From: Pristiophorus japonicus
Taxonomy: Eukaryota
DNA length: 64,000 nt
NCBI RefSeq assembly: GCF_044704955.1
Contig: NC_091987.1
Span: 148,552,001-148,616,000 of the forward strand
Direction: 5' to 3'
Part shown: piece after piece, positions 32,670 to 45,772 of the stretch
Layout: each line of letters opens with the position of its first letter
Position numbering within the stretch: position 1 is the first letter of the stretch
The notes under the pieces: generated by a model
What the model was told of the DNA's origin: nothing
The model's input: the letters and a program-made list of their open reading frames with translations, nothing else
Database searches by the model: none
Translations under genes and position numbers: made by a program

Positions 32670-35600
32670 TGTGAGTGAAACATGGAGAGTGAGAGATGGA
32701 GAGAATGAGAGAAACAGGGAGAGTGAGAGAGTGAAACAGGGTGAGGGAGAGAGTTAGTGAAACCGGGAGAGGAAGAGTGAGTGAAACACGGAGAGATAGA
32801 GGGAGAGAGTTAAACAGGGAGAGTGGGAGAGTGATAGAGTGAAATCGGGAGTGAGAGGAAGAGTGAAACATAGCGAGTGAGAGATAGAGAGAGTGAAACA
32901 GTGAGAGTGAGAGTCAAACAGGGAGCGGAAGAGTGCTAAACAGAGTGAGAGAGTGAAACAGGGAGAGAGAGTGAAACGGAGAATGAGAGAAACAGGGAGA
33001 GGGAGAGAGAGAAAGAGAGAGAGTGAATGAAACAGGGAGAGTGAGAGAGAGAGAGAGTGAAACAGGGAGAGTGAGAGTGTGAGAGAGTGAAATAGGGAGA
33101 GGAAGAGTGAGAAAGAGTGAATTGGGAGCGAGAGAGCGAGAGCAGGGAGGGTGAGAGTGACAGTGAGAGTGTGAAATCGGGAGAGTGAGAATGAAACCGG
33201 GAGATTGAGAGTGGGAGAGTGGGAGAGTGTGAGTGAAAGCGGGAGAGTGAGAGAGAGAGTGAAACTGGAAAAGGGAGAGTAAGAAAGTGAGTGAGTGAAT
33301 GAGTGAGTGAAACCGGGAGAGGGAGAGTGGGTGAGAGTGAAACAGGGAGGGAGAGTGAGAGTGAGTGAAACAGAGAGAGAGACTGAAACAGGGAGAGTGA
33401 GAGAGTGAGTGAGTGAAACAGGGAGAGTGAGAGAGTCAAACAGTGAGAGGAAGAATGCGAAAGAGAGTGAGAGATTGAAACAGGGAGTGAGAACAAGCGA
33501 GAGAGAGAGGGAGAATGAGAGAGATTGAAACAGGGAGAGAGAGAGAGGGAGAGTGAGAAAGAGTGAAACGGAATGTGAGAGAGAGAGTGAAACAGTGAGA
33601 GTGAGAGAGAGAGCGAGAGAGAGAGGGAGAGTGAGAGAGAGTGAAACAGTGAGAGTGAGTGAAATATGGAGAGGGAGAGACATAGAGAATGAGAGAAACA
33701 GGGACAGTGAGAGAGTGAAACAGTAAGAGGAAGAGTGCGAAAGAGAATGAGAGAGCGAAACAGGAAGAGTGAGAGGGAGAGAGTGAAACAGTGAGAGTGA
33801 GAGAGAGAAACAGGGAGAGGGAGAGAGAGAAACAGGGAGAGGGAGAGTGTGAAACAGTGAGAGTAAGAGAGAGAAACAGGGAGAGGGGGGAGAGAGAAAG
33901 AGAGTGCAACAGGGAGAGTGAGAGTGAAACAGAGAGAGTGAGAGTGAGTGTGAAACAGGGAAAGAGAGAGAGAGAGGAGCAGGGAGGTTGAGGGTGACAG
34001 TGAGTGAGTGAAATTGGGAGAGGGAGAGTGAGTGAGCGAAACAGGGAGAGTGATTGTGAGGGAGAGTATAATAGGGAGTGTGAGAGAGAGTGAAACAGGG
34101 TGAGAGGGAGTGAAACAGGGAGAGTGAGAGGGAGAGTGAGTGAAACAGGGAGAGTCAGAGAGAGAATGAGTGAAGCAGGGAAATGGAGAGAGAGAATGAG
34201 TGAAGCAGGGAGATGGAGCGTGAGAGAGCGTCAAACAGGGAGAGTGAGAGTGAGAGAGTGAAACAGGGAGAGTGAGAGAGTGAAACAGGGAGAGGGAGAG
34301 AGTTAGTGAAACTGGGAGAGAATGAGAGAGTGAAATAGGGAGAGAGAGTGAAACGGAGAATGAGAGAAACAGGGAGAGGGAGAGAGAGAGAGAGTGAAAC
34401 AGTGAGAGTATGAGAGTCAAACAGGGAGAGGAAGAGTGCGAAAGAGAATGAGAGAGTGAAACAGGGAGAGTGAGAAAGAGAGCAAGAGAGAGAGGGAGAA
34501 TGAGAGAGATTGAAACAGGGAGAGAGAGAGAGAGGGAGAGTGAGAAAGAGTGAAACGGAGTGTGTGAGAGAGAGTGAAACAGTGAGAGTGAGCGAGTCAA
34601 ACATGGAGAGGATAAGTGCGAAAGAGAGTGAGAGTGTGAAACAGGGAGAGTGAGAAAGACAGCGAGAGAGAGAGGGAGAGTGAGATAGAGTGAAACAGTG
34701 AGAGTGAGTGAAACATGGAGAGGGAGAGAAATAGAGAATGAGAGAAACAGGGAGCGTGAGAGTGAAACAGTGAGAGTGAGAATGAGTGAGAGGGAGAGAG
34801 AGAGAAACAGGGAGAGTGAGAGAGAGTGCATAAAACAAGGAGAGTGAAACAGGGAGAGGGAGAGTGAGAAAGAGTGAAACAGGGAGAAACAGAGAGAGAG
34901 AGGGAGAAGCAGGGAGAGTGACAGAGTGAGAGAGGGGGTGAAACAGGGAGAGAGAGAGTGGAATAGGGAGAGCGAGAGTCAGATAGTGAAACCGGGAGAG
35001 TGAGGGTGAAACCAGGAGAGTGAGAGTGAGAGTGAAATAGGGAGTGTGAGTGAAACATGGAGAGTGAGAGATGGAGAGAATGAGAGAAACAGGGAGAGTG
35101 AGAGAGTGAAACAGGGTGAGGGAGAGAGTTAGTGAAACCGGGAGAGGAAGAGTGAGTGAAACACGGAGAGATAGAGGGAGAGAGTTAAACAGGGAGAGTG
35201 GGAGAGTGATAGAGTGAAATCGGGAGTGAGAGGAAGAGTGAAACATAGCGAGTGAGAGATAGAGAGAGTGAAACAGTGAGAGTGAGAGTCAAACAGGGAG
35301 CGGAAGAGTGCTAAACAGAGTGAGAGAGTGAAACAGGGAGAGAGAGTGAAACGGAGAATGAGAGAAACAGGGAGAGGGAGAGAGAGAAAGAGAGAGAGTG
35401 AATGAAACAGGGAGAGTGAGAGAGAGAGAGAGTGAAACAGGGAGAGTGAGAGTGTGAGAGAGTGAAATAGGGAGAGGAAGAGTGAGAAAGAGTGAATTGG
35501 GAGCGAGAGAGCGAGAGCAGGGAGGGTGAGAGTGACAGTGAGAGTGTGAAATCGGGAGAGTGAGAATGAAACCGGGAGATTGAGAGTGGGAGAGTGGGAG

Positions 35601-37419
35601 AGTGTGAGTGAAAGCGGGAGAGTGAGAGAGAGAGTGAAACTGGAAAAGGGAGAGTAAGAAAGTGAGTGAGTGAATGAGTGAGTGAAACCGGGAGAGGGAG
35701 AGTGGGTGAGAGTGAAACAGGGAGGGAGAGTGAGAGTGAGTGAAACAGAGAGAGAGACTGAAACAGGGAGAGTGAGAGAGTGAGTGAGTGAAACAGGGAG
35801 AGTGAGAGAGTCAAACAGTGAGAGGAAGAATGCGAAAGAGAGTGAGAGATTGAAACAGGGAGTGAGAACAAGCGAGAGAGAGAGGGAGAATGAGAGAGAT
35901 TGAAACAGGGAGAGAGAGAGAGGGAGAGTGAGAAAGAGTGAAACGGAATGTGAGAGAGAGAGTGAAACAGTGAGAGTGAGAGAGAGAGCGAGAGAGAGAG
36001 GGAGAGTGAGAGAGAGTGAAACAGTGAGAGTGAGTGAAATATGGAGAGGGAGAGACATAGAGAATGAGAGAAACAGGGACAGTGAGAGAGTGAAACAGTA
36101 AGAGGAAGAGTGCGAAAGAGAATGAGAGAGCGAAACAGGAAGAGTGAGAGGGAGAGAGTGAAACAGTGAGAGTGAGAGAGAGAAACAGGGAGAGGGAGAG
36201 AGAGAAACAGGGAGAGGGAGAGTGTGAAACAGTGAGAGTAAGAGAGAGAAACAGGGAGAGGGGGGAGAGAGAAAGAGAGTGCAACAGGGAGAGTGAGAGT
36301 GAAACAGAGAGAGTGAGAGTGAGTGTGAAACAGGGAAAGAGAGAGAGAGAGGAGCAGGGAGGTTGAGGGTGACAGTGAGTGAGTGAAATTGGGAGAGGGA
36401 GAGTGAGTGAGCGAAACAGGGAGAGTGATTGTGAGGGAGAGTATAATAGGGAGTGTGAGAGAGAGTGAAACAGGGTGAGAGGGAGTGAAACAGGGAGAGT
36501 GAGAGGGAGAGTGAGTGAAACAGGGAGAGTCAGAGAGAGAATGAGTGAAGCAGGGAAATGGAGAGAGAGAATGAGTGAAGCAGGGAGATGGAGCGTGAGA
36601 GAGCGTCAAACAGGGAGAGTGAGAGTGAGAGAGTGAAACAGGGAGAGTGAGAGAGTGAAACAGGGAGAGGGAGAGAGTTAGTGAAACTGGGAGAGAATGA
36701 GAGAGTGAAATAGGGAGAGAGAGTGAAACGGAGAATGAGAGAAACAGGGAGAGGGAGAGAGAGAGAGAGTGAAACAGTGAGAGTATGAGAGTCAAACAGG
36801 GAGAGGAAGAGTGCGAAAGAGAATGAGAGAGTGAAACAGGGAGAGTGAGAAAGAGAGCAAGAGAGAGAGGGAGAATGAGAGAGATTGAAACAGGGAGAGA
36901 GAGAGAGAGGGAGAGTGAGAAAGAGTGAAACGGAGTGTGTGAGAGAGAGTGAAACAGTGAGAGTGAGCGAGTCAAACATGGAGAGGATGAGTGCGAAAGA
37001 GAGTGAGAGTGTGAAACAGGGAGAGTGAGAAAGACAGCGAGAGAGAGAGGGAGAGTGAGATAGAGTGAAACAGTGAGAGTGAGTGAAACATGGAGAGGGA
37101 GAGAAATAGAGAATGAGAGAAACAGGGAGCGTGAGAGTGAAACAGTGAGAGTGAGAATGAGTGAGAGGGAGAGAGAGAGAAACAGGGAGAGTGAGAGAGA
37201 GTGCATAAAACAAGGAGAGTGAAACAGGGAGAGGGAGAGTGAGAAAGAGTGAAACAGGGAGAAACAGAGAGAGAGAGGGAGAAGCAGGGAGAGTGACAGA
37301 GTGAGAGAGGGGGTGAAACAGGGAGAGAGAGAGTGGAATAGGGAGAGCGAGAGTCAGATAGTGAAACCGGGAGAGTGAGGGTGAAACCAGGAGAGTGAGA
37401 GTGAGAGTGAAATAGGGAG
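32670..37419 (+). repeat. Near-perfect 2375-bp tandem duplication inside the satellite
   Basis: ORFs 32754-33683 and 35129-36058 are identical, and 32936-34831 and 35311-37206 differ at one residue; both pairs are offset by 2375. GTATAATAGG occurs at 34066 and 36441. Confidence 0.92.
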
Positions 37420-40400
37420 ATTGAGAGGGAGGGAGTGAAACAGTGAGAGTGAGAGAGTCAAACAGGGAGAGTGAGAGAGTGTGAAGCAGGGAGTGTGAGA
37501 GAGCGTTAAAAGGAGAGAGTGAGTGAGAAAGTGAAAGAGGGGGAGAGAAAGAGTGAGAGAGAGTGAAACAGGGTGAGTGAAAGTGAGAGAGTGAAACCGG
37601 GAGAGTGAGAGAGTGAAACAGGGAGACGGAGAGAGAGTTAGTGAGTGAGAGAGAGTATTAAACAGGGAGAGGGTGTGAGAGAGAGAGAGAGAGAGAGTGA
37701 AACAGGGAGAGTGTGAAAAGGGAGAGTGAGAGAATAAAACAGTGAGAGTGAGAATGCGAGAGTGAAACAGGGAGAGGGAGATCGAGAATGCGAGAGTGAA
37801 ACAGAGAGTGGGAGAGAGAGAGAGAGAGTGAAACAGGGAGTGGGAGAGAGAGAGAGTGAGAGGGAGAGTGAAACTGGGAGAGTGAAAGTGACAGAGAGTT
37901 AGTGAGTGAGTGAGAGAGAGAATGAAATAGGGAGAGGGAGCGAGTTAGTGAAACCGGGAGAGGAAGAGTGAATGAAACACGGAGAAGGAGAGAGAGAGAG
38001 AGAGAGAAACAGGGAGAGTGGGAGAGTGATAGAGTGAAACCGGGAGAGAGAGGGAGAAAGTGAAACAGGGAGAGTGAGAGATAGAGAGAGTGAAACAGTG
38101 AGAGTGAGAGTCAAACAGGGAGAGGAAGAGTGCGAAAGAGAGGGAGAGAAAGTGAAACAAAAAGAATGAGTGTGTAAAACAGGGAAAGGGAGAGAGAGAG
38201 AGAGAGAGAGTGAAACAGGTAAAGTGAGAGAGGGTGCATAAAACTGGGAGAGAGTGAAACAGGGAGAGTGAGAGAGTCAAACAGGGAGAGAGAGAGAGAA
38301 GCAAGAGAGTGAGAGAGTGTGAAATAGGGAGAGGGAGAAAGAGTGAATCAGGGAGGGAGAGAGTAAAACCACGAGCGTGAGAATAAAACCGGGAGAGAGT
38401 GAGAGTGGGAGAGTGAAAGAGAGTGAAACAGGAAGAGTGAGAGAGTGAGTGAGTGAGTGAAACCGGGAGAAGGAGAGTGAGTGAGAGTAAAACAGGGAGG
38501 GAGAGTGAAACAGGAAGAGGGAGAGAGAATGAAACAGGGAGAGAGAGTGAAACAGGGAGAGTGAGAGAGCGAGTGAGTGAAACAGGGAGAGTGAGAGTGA
38601 GAGAGTGAAGCAGGCAGGGAGAGAGAGACAAACAGGGAGAGGAAGAGCGTGGAAGAGAGTGAGAGAGTGAAACAGGGAGAATGAGAGAAAGAGGGAAAGA
38701 GCAAGAGAGAGAGAGTGAAAGTGAACCAGGGAGAGAGAGAGAGTGAGAGAGATTGAAATAGGGAAAGGGGGTGAGAAAGAGTTAAACGGGGGAGAGAGAG
38801 GGAGCGAGAGAGAGAGAGAGAGAGAGTGAGGTGAAACATGGAAAGGGAGAGAAACAGAGAATGAGAGAAACAGGGAGAGTGAGAGTGAGAGAATGAAACA
38901 GGAAGTGTGAGAGTGAGTGAAACAGGGAGAGTGAGAGAGAGAGAGAGAGTGAAACAGGGTGAGGGAGAGTGAGAGAGAGTGAAGTAGAGAGTGTGAGTGA
39001 AACATGGAGAGTGAGAGATGAAGAGAATGAGAGAAACAGGGAGAGTGAGAGAGTGAAACAGGGTGAGGGAGAGAGTTAGTGAAACCGGGAGAGGAAGAGT
39101 GAGTGAAACACGGAGAGGTAGAGGGAGAGAGTTAAACAGCGAGAGTGGGAGAGTGATAGAGTGAAATCGGGAGTGAGAGGAAGAGTGAAACATGGCGAGT
39201 GAGAGAAAGAGAGAGTGAAACAGTGAGAGTGAGAGTCAAACAGGGAGCGGAAGAGTGCTAAACAGAGTGAGAGAGTGAAACAGGGAGAGAGAGTGAAACG
39301 GAGAATGAGAGAAACAGGGAGAGGGAGAGAGAGAAAGAGAGAGAGTGAATGAAACAGGGAGAGTGAGAGAGAGAGAGTGAAATAGGGAGAGGAAGAGTGA
39401 GAAAGAGTGAATCGGGGGAGAGAGAGCGAGAGAGCGAGAGCAGGGAGGGTGAGAGTGACAGTAAGAGTGTGAAATCGGGAGAGTGAGAATGAAACCGGGA
39501 GATTGAGAGTGGGAGAGTGTGAGTGAAAGCGGGAGAGTGAGAGAGAGAGTGAAACTGGAAAAGGGAGAGTAAGAAAGTGAGTGAGTGAATGAGTGAGTGA
39601 AACTGGGAGAGGGAGAGTGGGTGAGAGTGAAACAGGGAGGGAGAGTGAGAGTGAGTGAAACAGGGAGAGAGACTGAAACAGGGAGAGTGAGAGAGCGAGT
39701 GAGTGAAACAGGGAGAGTGAGAGAGTCAAACAGTGAGAGGAAGAGTGCGAAAGAGAGTGAGGGAGTGAAACAGGGAGTGAGAACAAGCGAGAGAGAGAGG
39801 GAGAATGAGAGAGATTGAAACAGCGAGAGAGAGAGAGAGGGAGAGTGAGAAAGAGTGAAACGGAGTGTGAGAGAGAGAGTGAAACAGTGAGAGTGAGAGA
39901 GTCAAACATGGAGAGGAAGAGTGCGAGAGAGTGAAACAGTAAGAGTGAGAGAGAGAGAGCGAGAGGGAGAGTGAGAGTGAAACAGTGAGAGTGAGTGAAA
40001 TATGGAGAGGGAGAGACATAGAGAATGAGAGAAACAGGGACAGTGAGAGAGTGAAACAGTAAGAGGAAGAGTGCGAAAGAGAATGAGAGAGCGAAACAGG
40101 AAGAGTGAGAGGGAGAGAGTGAAACAGTGAGAGTGAGAGAGAGAAACAGGGAGAGGGAGAGAGAGAAACAGGGAGAGGGAGAGAGTGAAACAGTGAGAGT
40201 AAGAGAGAGAAACAGGAAGAGGGGGGAGAGAGAAAGAGAGTGCAACAGGGAGAGTGAGAGTGAAACAGAGAGAGTGAGAGTGAGTGTGAAACAGGGAAAG
40301 AGAGAGAGAGCGGAGCAGGGAGGTTGAGGGTGACAGTGAGTGAGTGAAATTGGGAGAGGGAGAGTGAGTGAGCGAAACAGGGAGAGTGATTGTGAGGGAG

Positions 40401-43400
40401 AGTATAATAGGGAGTGTGAGAGAGAGTGAAACAGGGTGAGAGGGAGTGAAACAGGGAGAGTGAGAGGGAGAGTGAGTGAAACAGGGAGAGTCAGAGAGAG
40501 AATGAGTGAAGCAGGGAAATGAAGAGAGAGAATGAGTGAAGCAGGGAGATGGAGCGTGAGAGAGCGTCAAACAGGGAGAGTGAGAGTGAGAGAGTGAAAC
40601 AGGGAGAGGGAGAGAGTTAGTGAAACTGGGAGAGAATGAGAGAGTGAAATAGGGAGAGAGAGTGAAACGGAGAATGAGAGAAACAGGGAGAGGGAGAGAG
40701 AGAGAGAGTGAAACAGTGAGAGTATGAGAGTCAAACAGGGAGAGGAAGAGTGCGAAAGAGAATGAGAAAGTGAAACAGGGAGAGTGAGAAAGAGAGCAAG
40801 AGAGAGAGGGAGAATGAGAGAGATTGAAACAGGGAGAGAGAGAGAGAGGGAGAGTGAGAAAGAGTGAAACGGAGTGTGAGAGAGAGAGTGAAACAGTGAG
40901 AGTGAGCGAGTCAAACATGGAGAGGATGAGTGCGAAAGAGAGTGAGAGTGTGAAACAGGGAGAGTGAGAAAGACAGCGAGAGAGAGAGGGAGAGTGAGAG
41001 AGAGTGAAACAGTGAGAGTGAGTGAAACATGGAGAGGGAGAGAAATAGAGAATGAGAGAAACAGGGAGCGTGAGAGTGAAACAGTGAGAGTGAGAATGAG
41101 TGAGAGGGAGAGAGAGAGAAACAGGGAGAGTGAGAGAGAGTGCATAAAACAAGGAGAGTGAAACAGGGAGAGGGAGAGTGAGAAAGAGTGAAACAGGGAG
41201 AAACAGAGAGAGAGAGGGAGAAGCAGGGAGAGTGACAGAGTGAGAGAGGGGGTGAAACAGGGAGAGAGAGAGTGGAACAGGGAGAGCGAGAGTCAGATAG
41301 TGAAACCGGGAGAGTGAGGGTGAAACCAGGAGAGTGAGAGTGAGAGTGAAATAGGGAGATTGAGAGGGAGGGAGTGAAACAGTGAGAGTGAGAGAGTCAA
41401 ACAGGGAGAGTGAGAGGGAGAGTGAGTGAAACAGGGAGAGTCAGAGAGAGAATGAGTATAGTGCGAAATGGAGAGAGAGAATGAGTGAAGCAGGGAGATG
41501 GAGAGTGAGAGAGCGTCAAACAAGGAGAGAGAGTGAGAGAGTGAAACAGGGAGAGGGAGAGAGTTAGTGAAACTGGGAGAGAATGAGAGAGTGAAATAGG
41601 GAGAGAGAGTGAAACGGAGAATGAGAGAAACAGGGAGAGGGAGAGAGAGTGAAACAGTGAGAGTGAGAGAGTCAAACAGGGAGAGGAAGAGTGCGAAAGA
41701 GAATGAGAGAGTGAAACAGGGAGAGTGAGAAAGAGAGCGAGAGAGAGAGGGAGAATGAGAGAGATTGAAACAGGGAGAGAGAGAGAGAGGGAGAGTGAGA
41801 AAGAGTGAAACGGAGTGTGAGAGAGAGAGTGAAACAGTGAGAGTGAGCGAGTCAAACATGGAGAGGATGAGTGCGAAAGAGAGTGAGAGTGTGAAACAGG
41901 GAGAGTGAGAAAGACAGCGAGAGAAAGGGAGAGTGAGAGAGAGTGAAACAGTGAGACTGAGTGAAACATGGAGAGGGAGAGAAATAGAGAATGAGAGAAA
42001 CAGGGAGCGTGAGGATGAGAATGAGTGAGAGGGAGGGAGAGAGAGAGAAACAGGGAGAGTGAGAGAGAGTGCATAAAACAAGGATAGTGAAACAGGGAGA
42101 GGGAGAGTGAGAAAGAGTGAAACAGGGAGAAACAGAGAGAGAGAGGGAGAAGCAGGGAGAGTGACAGAGTGAGAGAGGGAGTGAAACAGGGAGAGAGAGA
42201 GTGGAACAGGGAGAGTGAGAGTCAGATAGTGAAACCGGGAGAGTGAGGGTGAAACCAGGAGAGTGAGAGTGAGAGTGAAAAAGTGAGAGGGAGAGAGTGA
42301 AACAGTGAGAGTGAGAGAGTCAAATAGGGAGAGGAAGAGTGCGAAAGAGAATGAGAGAGTGAAACATGAAGAGTGAGAGGGAGAGAGTGAAACAGTGAGA
42401 GTGAGAGAGAGACACAGGGAGGTGGAGAGAGAGAAAGAGAATGCAACAGGGAGAGTGAGAGTGAAACAGAGAGTGTGCGAGTGAGAGAGTGTGAAACAGG
42501 GAAAGAGAGAGAGAGAGGAGCAGGGAGGGTGAGGATGAGGGTGACAGTGAGTGAAATTGGGAGAGGGAGAGTGAGTGAGTGAAACAGGTAGAGCGAGAGT
42601 GAGGGAGAGTAAAACAGGGAGGGAGAGTGAGAGAGTGAAACAGGCAAAGTGAGAGAGAGTGAAACAGGGAGAGTGAGAGGGAGAGTGAGTGAAGCAGGGA
42701 GAGTCAGAGAGAGAATGAGTGAAGCAGGGAGATGGAGAGAGAGAGAATGAGTGAAGCAGGGAGATTGAGAGGGAGAGAATGAGTGAAGCAGGGACATGGA
42801 GAGTGAGAGAGCGTCAAACAGAAAGAGTGGGAGTGAGAGAGTGAAACAGGGAGAGTGAGAGAGAGTGAGAGTGAGAGAGAGAATGAAACAGGGAGAGGGA
42901 GAGAGTTAGTGAAACCGGGAGAGGAAGAGTGAGTGAAACACAGAGAGGGAGAGGGAGAGTGAAACAGGGCGAGTGTGAAACAGGGAGAATGGGCGTCAAA
43001 CAGGGAGAGGAAGAGTGCGAAAGAGAATGAGAGAGTGAAATAGGGAGAGAGATTGAAACGGAGAATGAGAGAGAGAAACAGGGAGAAGGAGAGAGAGTGA
43101 AACAGTGAGAGTGAGAGAGAGTGAAACAGTGAGAGTGAGTGAAACATGGAGAGGGAGAGAAATAGAGAATGAGAGAAACAGGGAGCGTGAGATTGAAACA
43201 GTGAGAGTGATAATGAGTGAGAGGGAGGGAGAGAGAGAGAAACAGGGAGAGTGAGAGAGAGTACATAAAACAAGGAGAGTGAAACAGAGAGAGGGAGAGT
43301 CAGAAAGAGTGAAACAGGAAGAAACAGAGAGAGAGAGGGAGAAGCAGGGAGAGAGAGAGTGGAACAGGGAGAGCGAGAGTCAGATAGTGAAACCGGGAGA

Positions 43401-44108
43401 GTGAGGGTGAAACCAGGAGAGTGAGAGTGAGAGTGAAAAAGGGAGCGTGAAAGGGAGAGAGTGAAACAGTGAGAATGAGAGAGTGAAACAGGGAGAGGGA
43501 GTGAAACAGGAAGAGTGAGAGAGAGAAAAAGGGAGAGGGAGAGAGAGAAAGAGAGTGCAACAGGGAGAGTGAGAGTGAAACAGGGAGAGGGAGAGTAAGT
43601 GAGTGAAACAGGGAGAGGGAGAGTGAGTGAGTGAAACCGGGAGAGTGAGGGAAACAGGGAGATTGAGAGGGAGAGAGTGAAACAGTGAGAGTGAGAGTCA
43701 AACAGGGAGAGGAAGAGTGTGAAAGAGAGTGAGAGAGTGAAACAGGGAGAGTGAAACATGGAGAATGAGAATGTAAAACAGGGAAAGGGAGCGAGAGAGA
43801 GAGAGAGAGTGAGAGAGAGAGAAAGAGAGAGTGAAGCAGGGAAAGTGAGAGAGGGTGCGTAAAACTGGGAGAGAGTAAAACAGGGAGAGTGAGAGAGTCA
43901 AACAGGGAGAGAGAGAGAGAGAAGCAGGAGAGTGAGAGTGAAACAGGGAGAGTGAGAGAGTGTGAAATAGGGAGGGAGGGAGAGAGAGAGAGCAGGGAGG
44001 GTGAGAGTGACAGTGAGAGTGTGAAACCGGGAGAGTGAGAATGAAACCGGGAGAGAGTGAGAGTGGGAGAGTGAGAGAGAGTGAAACAGGGAGAGTGAGA
44101 GAGTGAGT

Positions 44109-45772
44109 GAAACATAGAAACATAGAAAATAGGTGCAGGAGTAGGCCATTCGGCCCTTCTAGCCTGCACCGCCATTCAATGAGTTCATGGCTGAACATGC
44201 AACTTCAGTACCCCATTCCTGCTTTCTCACCATACCCCTTGATTCCCCTAGTAGTAAGGACCTCATCTAACTCCTTTTTGAATATATTTAGTGAATTGGC
44301 CTCAACAACTTTCTGTGGTAGAGAATTCCACAGGTTCACCACTCTCTGGGTGAAGAAATTCCTCCTCATCTCGGTCCTAAATGGCTTCCCCCTTATCCTT
44401 AGACTGTGTCCCCTGGTTCTGGACTTCCCCAACATTGGGAACATTCTTCCTGCATCTAACCTGTCTAACCCCGTCAGAATTTTAAATGTTTCTATGAGGT
44501 TCCCTCTCATTCTTCTGAACTCCAGTGAATACAAGCCCAGTTGATCCAGTCTTTCTTGATAGGTCAGTCCCGCCATCCCGGGAATCAGTCTGGTGAACCT
44601 TCGCTGCACTCCCTCAATAGCAAGAATGTCCTTCCTCAGGTTAGGAGACCAAAACTGTACACAATACTCCAGGTGTGGCCTCACCAAGGCCCTGTACAAT
44701 TGTAGCAACACCTCCCTGCCCTTGTACTCAAATCCCCTCGCTATGAAGGCCAACATGCCATTTGCTTTCTTAACCGCCTGCTGTACCTGCATGCCAACCT
44801 TCAATGACTGATGTACCATGACACCCAGGTCTCGTTGCACCTGCCCTTTTCCTAATCTGTCACCATTCAGATAATAGTCTGTCTCTCTGTTTTTACCACC
44901 AAAGTGGATAACCTCACATTTATCCACATTATACTTCATCTGCCATGCATTTGCCCACTCACCTAACCTATCCAAGTCGCTCTGCAGCCTCATAGAATCC
45001 TCCTTGCAGCTCACACTGCCACCCAACTTAGTGTCATCCGCAAATTTGGAGATACTACATTTAATCCCCTCGTCTAAATCATTAATGTACAGTGTAAACA
45101 GCTGGGGCCCCAGCACAGAACCTTGCGGTACCCCACTAGTCACTGCCTGCCATTCTGAAAAGTCCCCATTTACTCCTACTCTTTGCTTCCTGTCTGACAA
45201 CCAGTTCTCAATCCATGTCAGCACACTACCCCCAATCCCATGTGCTTTAACTTTGCACATTAATCTCTTGTGTGGGACCTTGTCGAAAGCCTTCTGAAAG
45301 TCCAAATATACCACATCAACTGGTTCTCCCTTGTCCACTCTACTGGAAACATCCTCAAAAAATTCCAGAAGATTTGTCAAGCATGATTTCCCTTTCACAA
45401 ATCCATGCTGACTTGGACCTATCATATTACCTCTTTCCAAATGCACTGCGATGACATCCTTAATAATTGATTCCATCATTTTACCCACTACCGATGTCAG
45501 GCTGACCGGTCTGTAATTCCCTGTTTTCTCTCTCCCTCCTTTTTTAAAAAGTGGGGTTACATTGGCTACCCTCCACTCCATAGGAACTGATCCAGAGTCA
45601 ATGGAATGTTGGAAAATGACTGTCAATGCATCCACTATTTCCAAGGCCACCTCCTTAAGTACTCTGGGATGCAGTCCATCAGGCCCTGGGGATTTATCGG
45701 TCTTCAATCCCATCAATTTCCCCAACACAATTTCCCGACTAATAAGGATTTCCCTCAGTTCCTCCTCCTTAC
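44109..45772 (-). mobile_element. Young 5'-truncated CR1-type LINE inserted in the satellite
   Basis: GAAACATA tail repeats at 44109, 3' UTR, uninterrupted RT frame; empty-site copies at ~50311, ~55445 and ~59103. Confidence 0.95.
44205..45772 (-). CDS. LINE ORF2 reverse transcriptase, C-terminal ~520 aa, open frame, no endonuclease
   Basis: [43 protein letters not shown] through to the natural stop after EKAGMGY. Confidence 0.85.
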
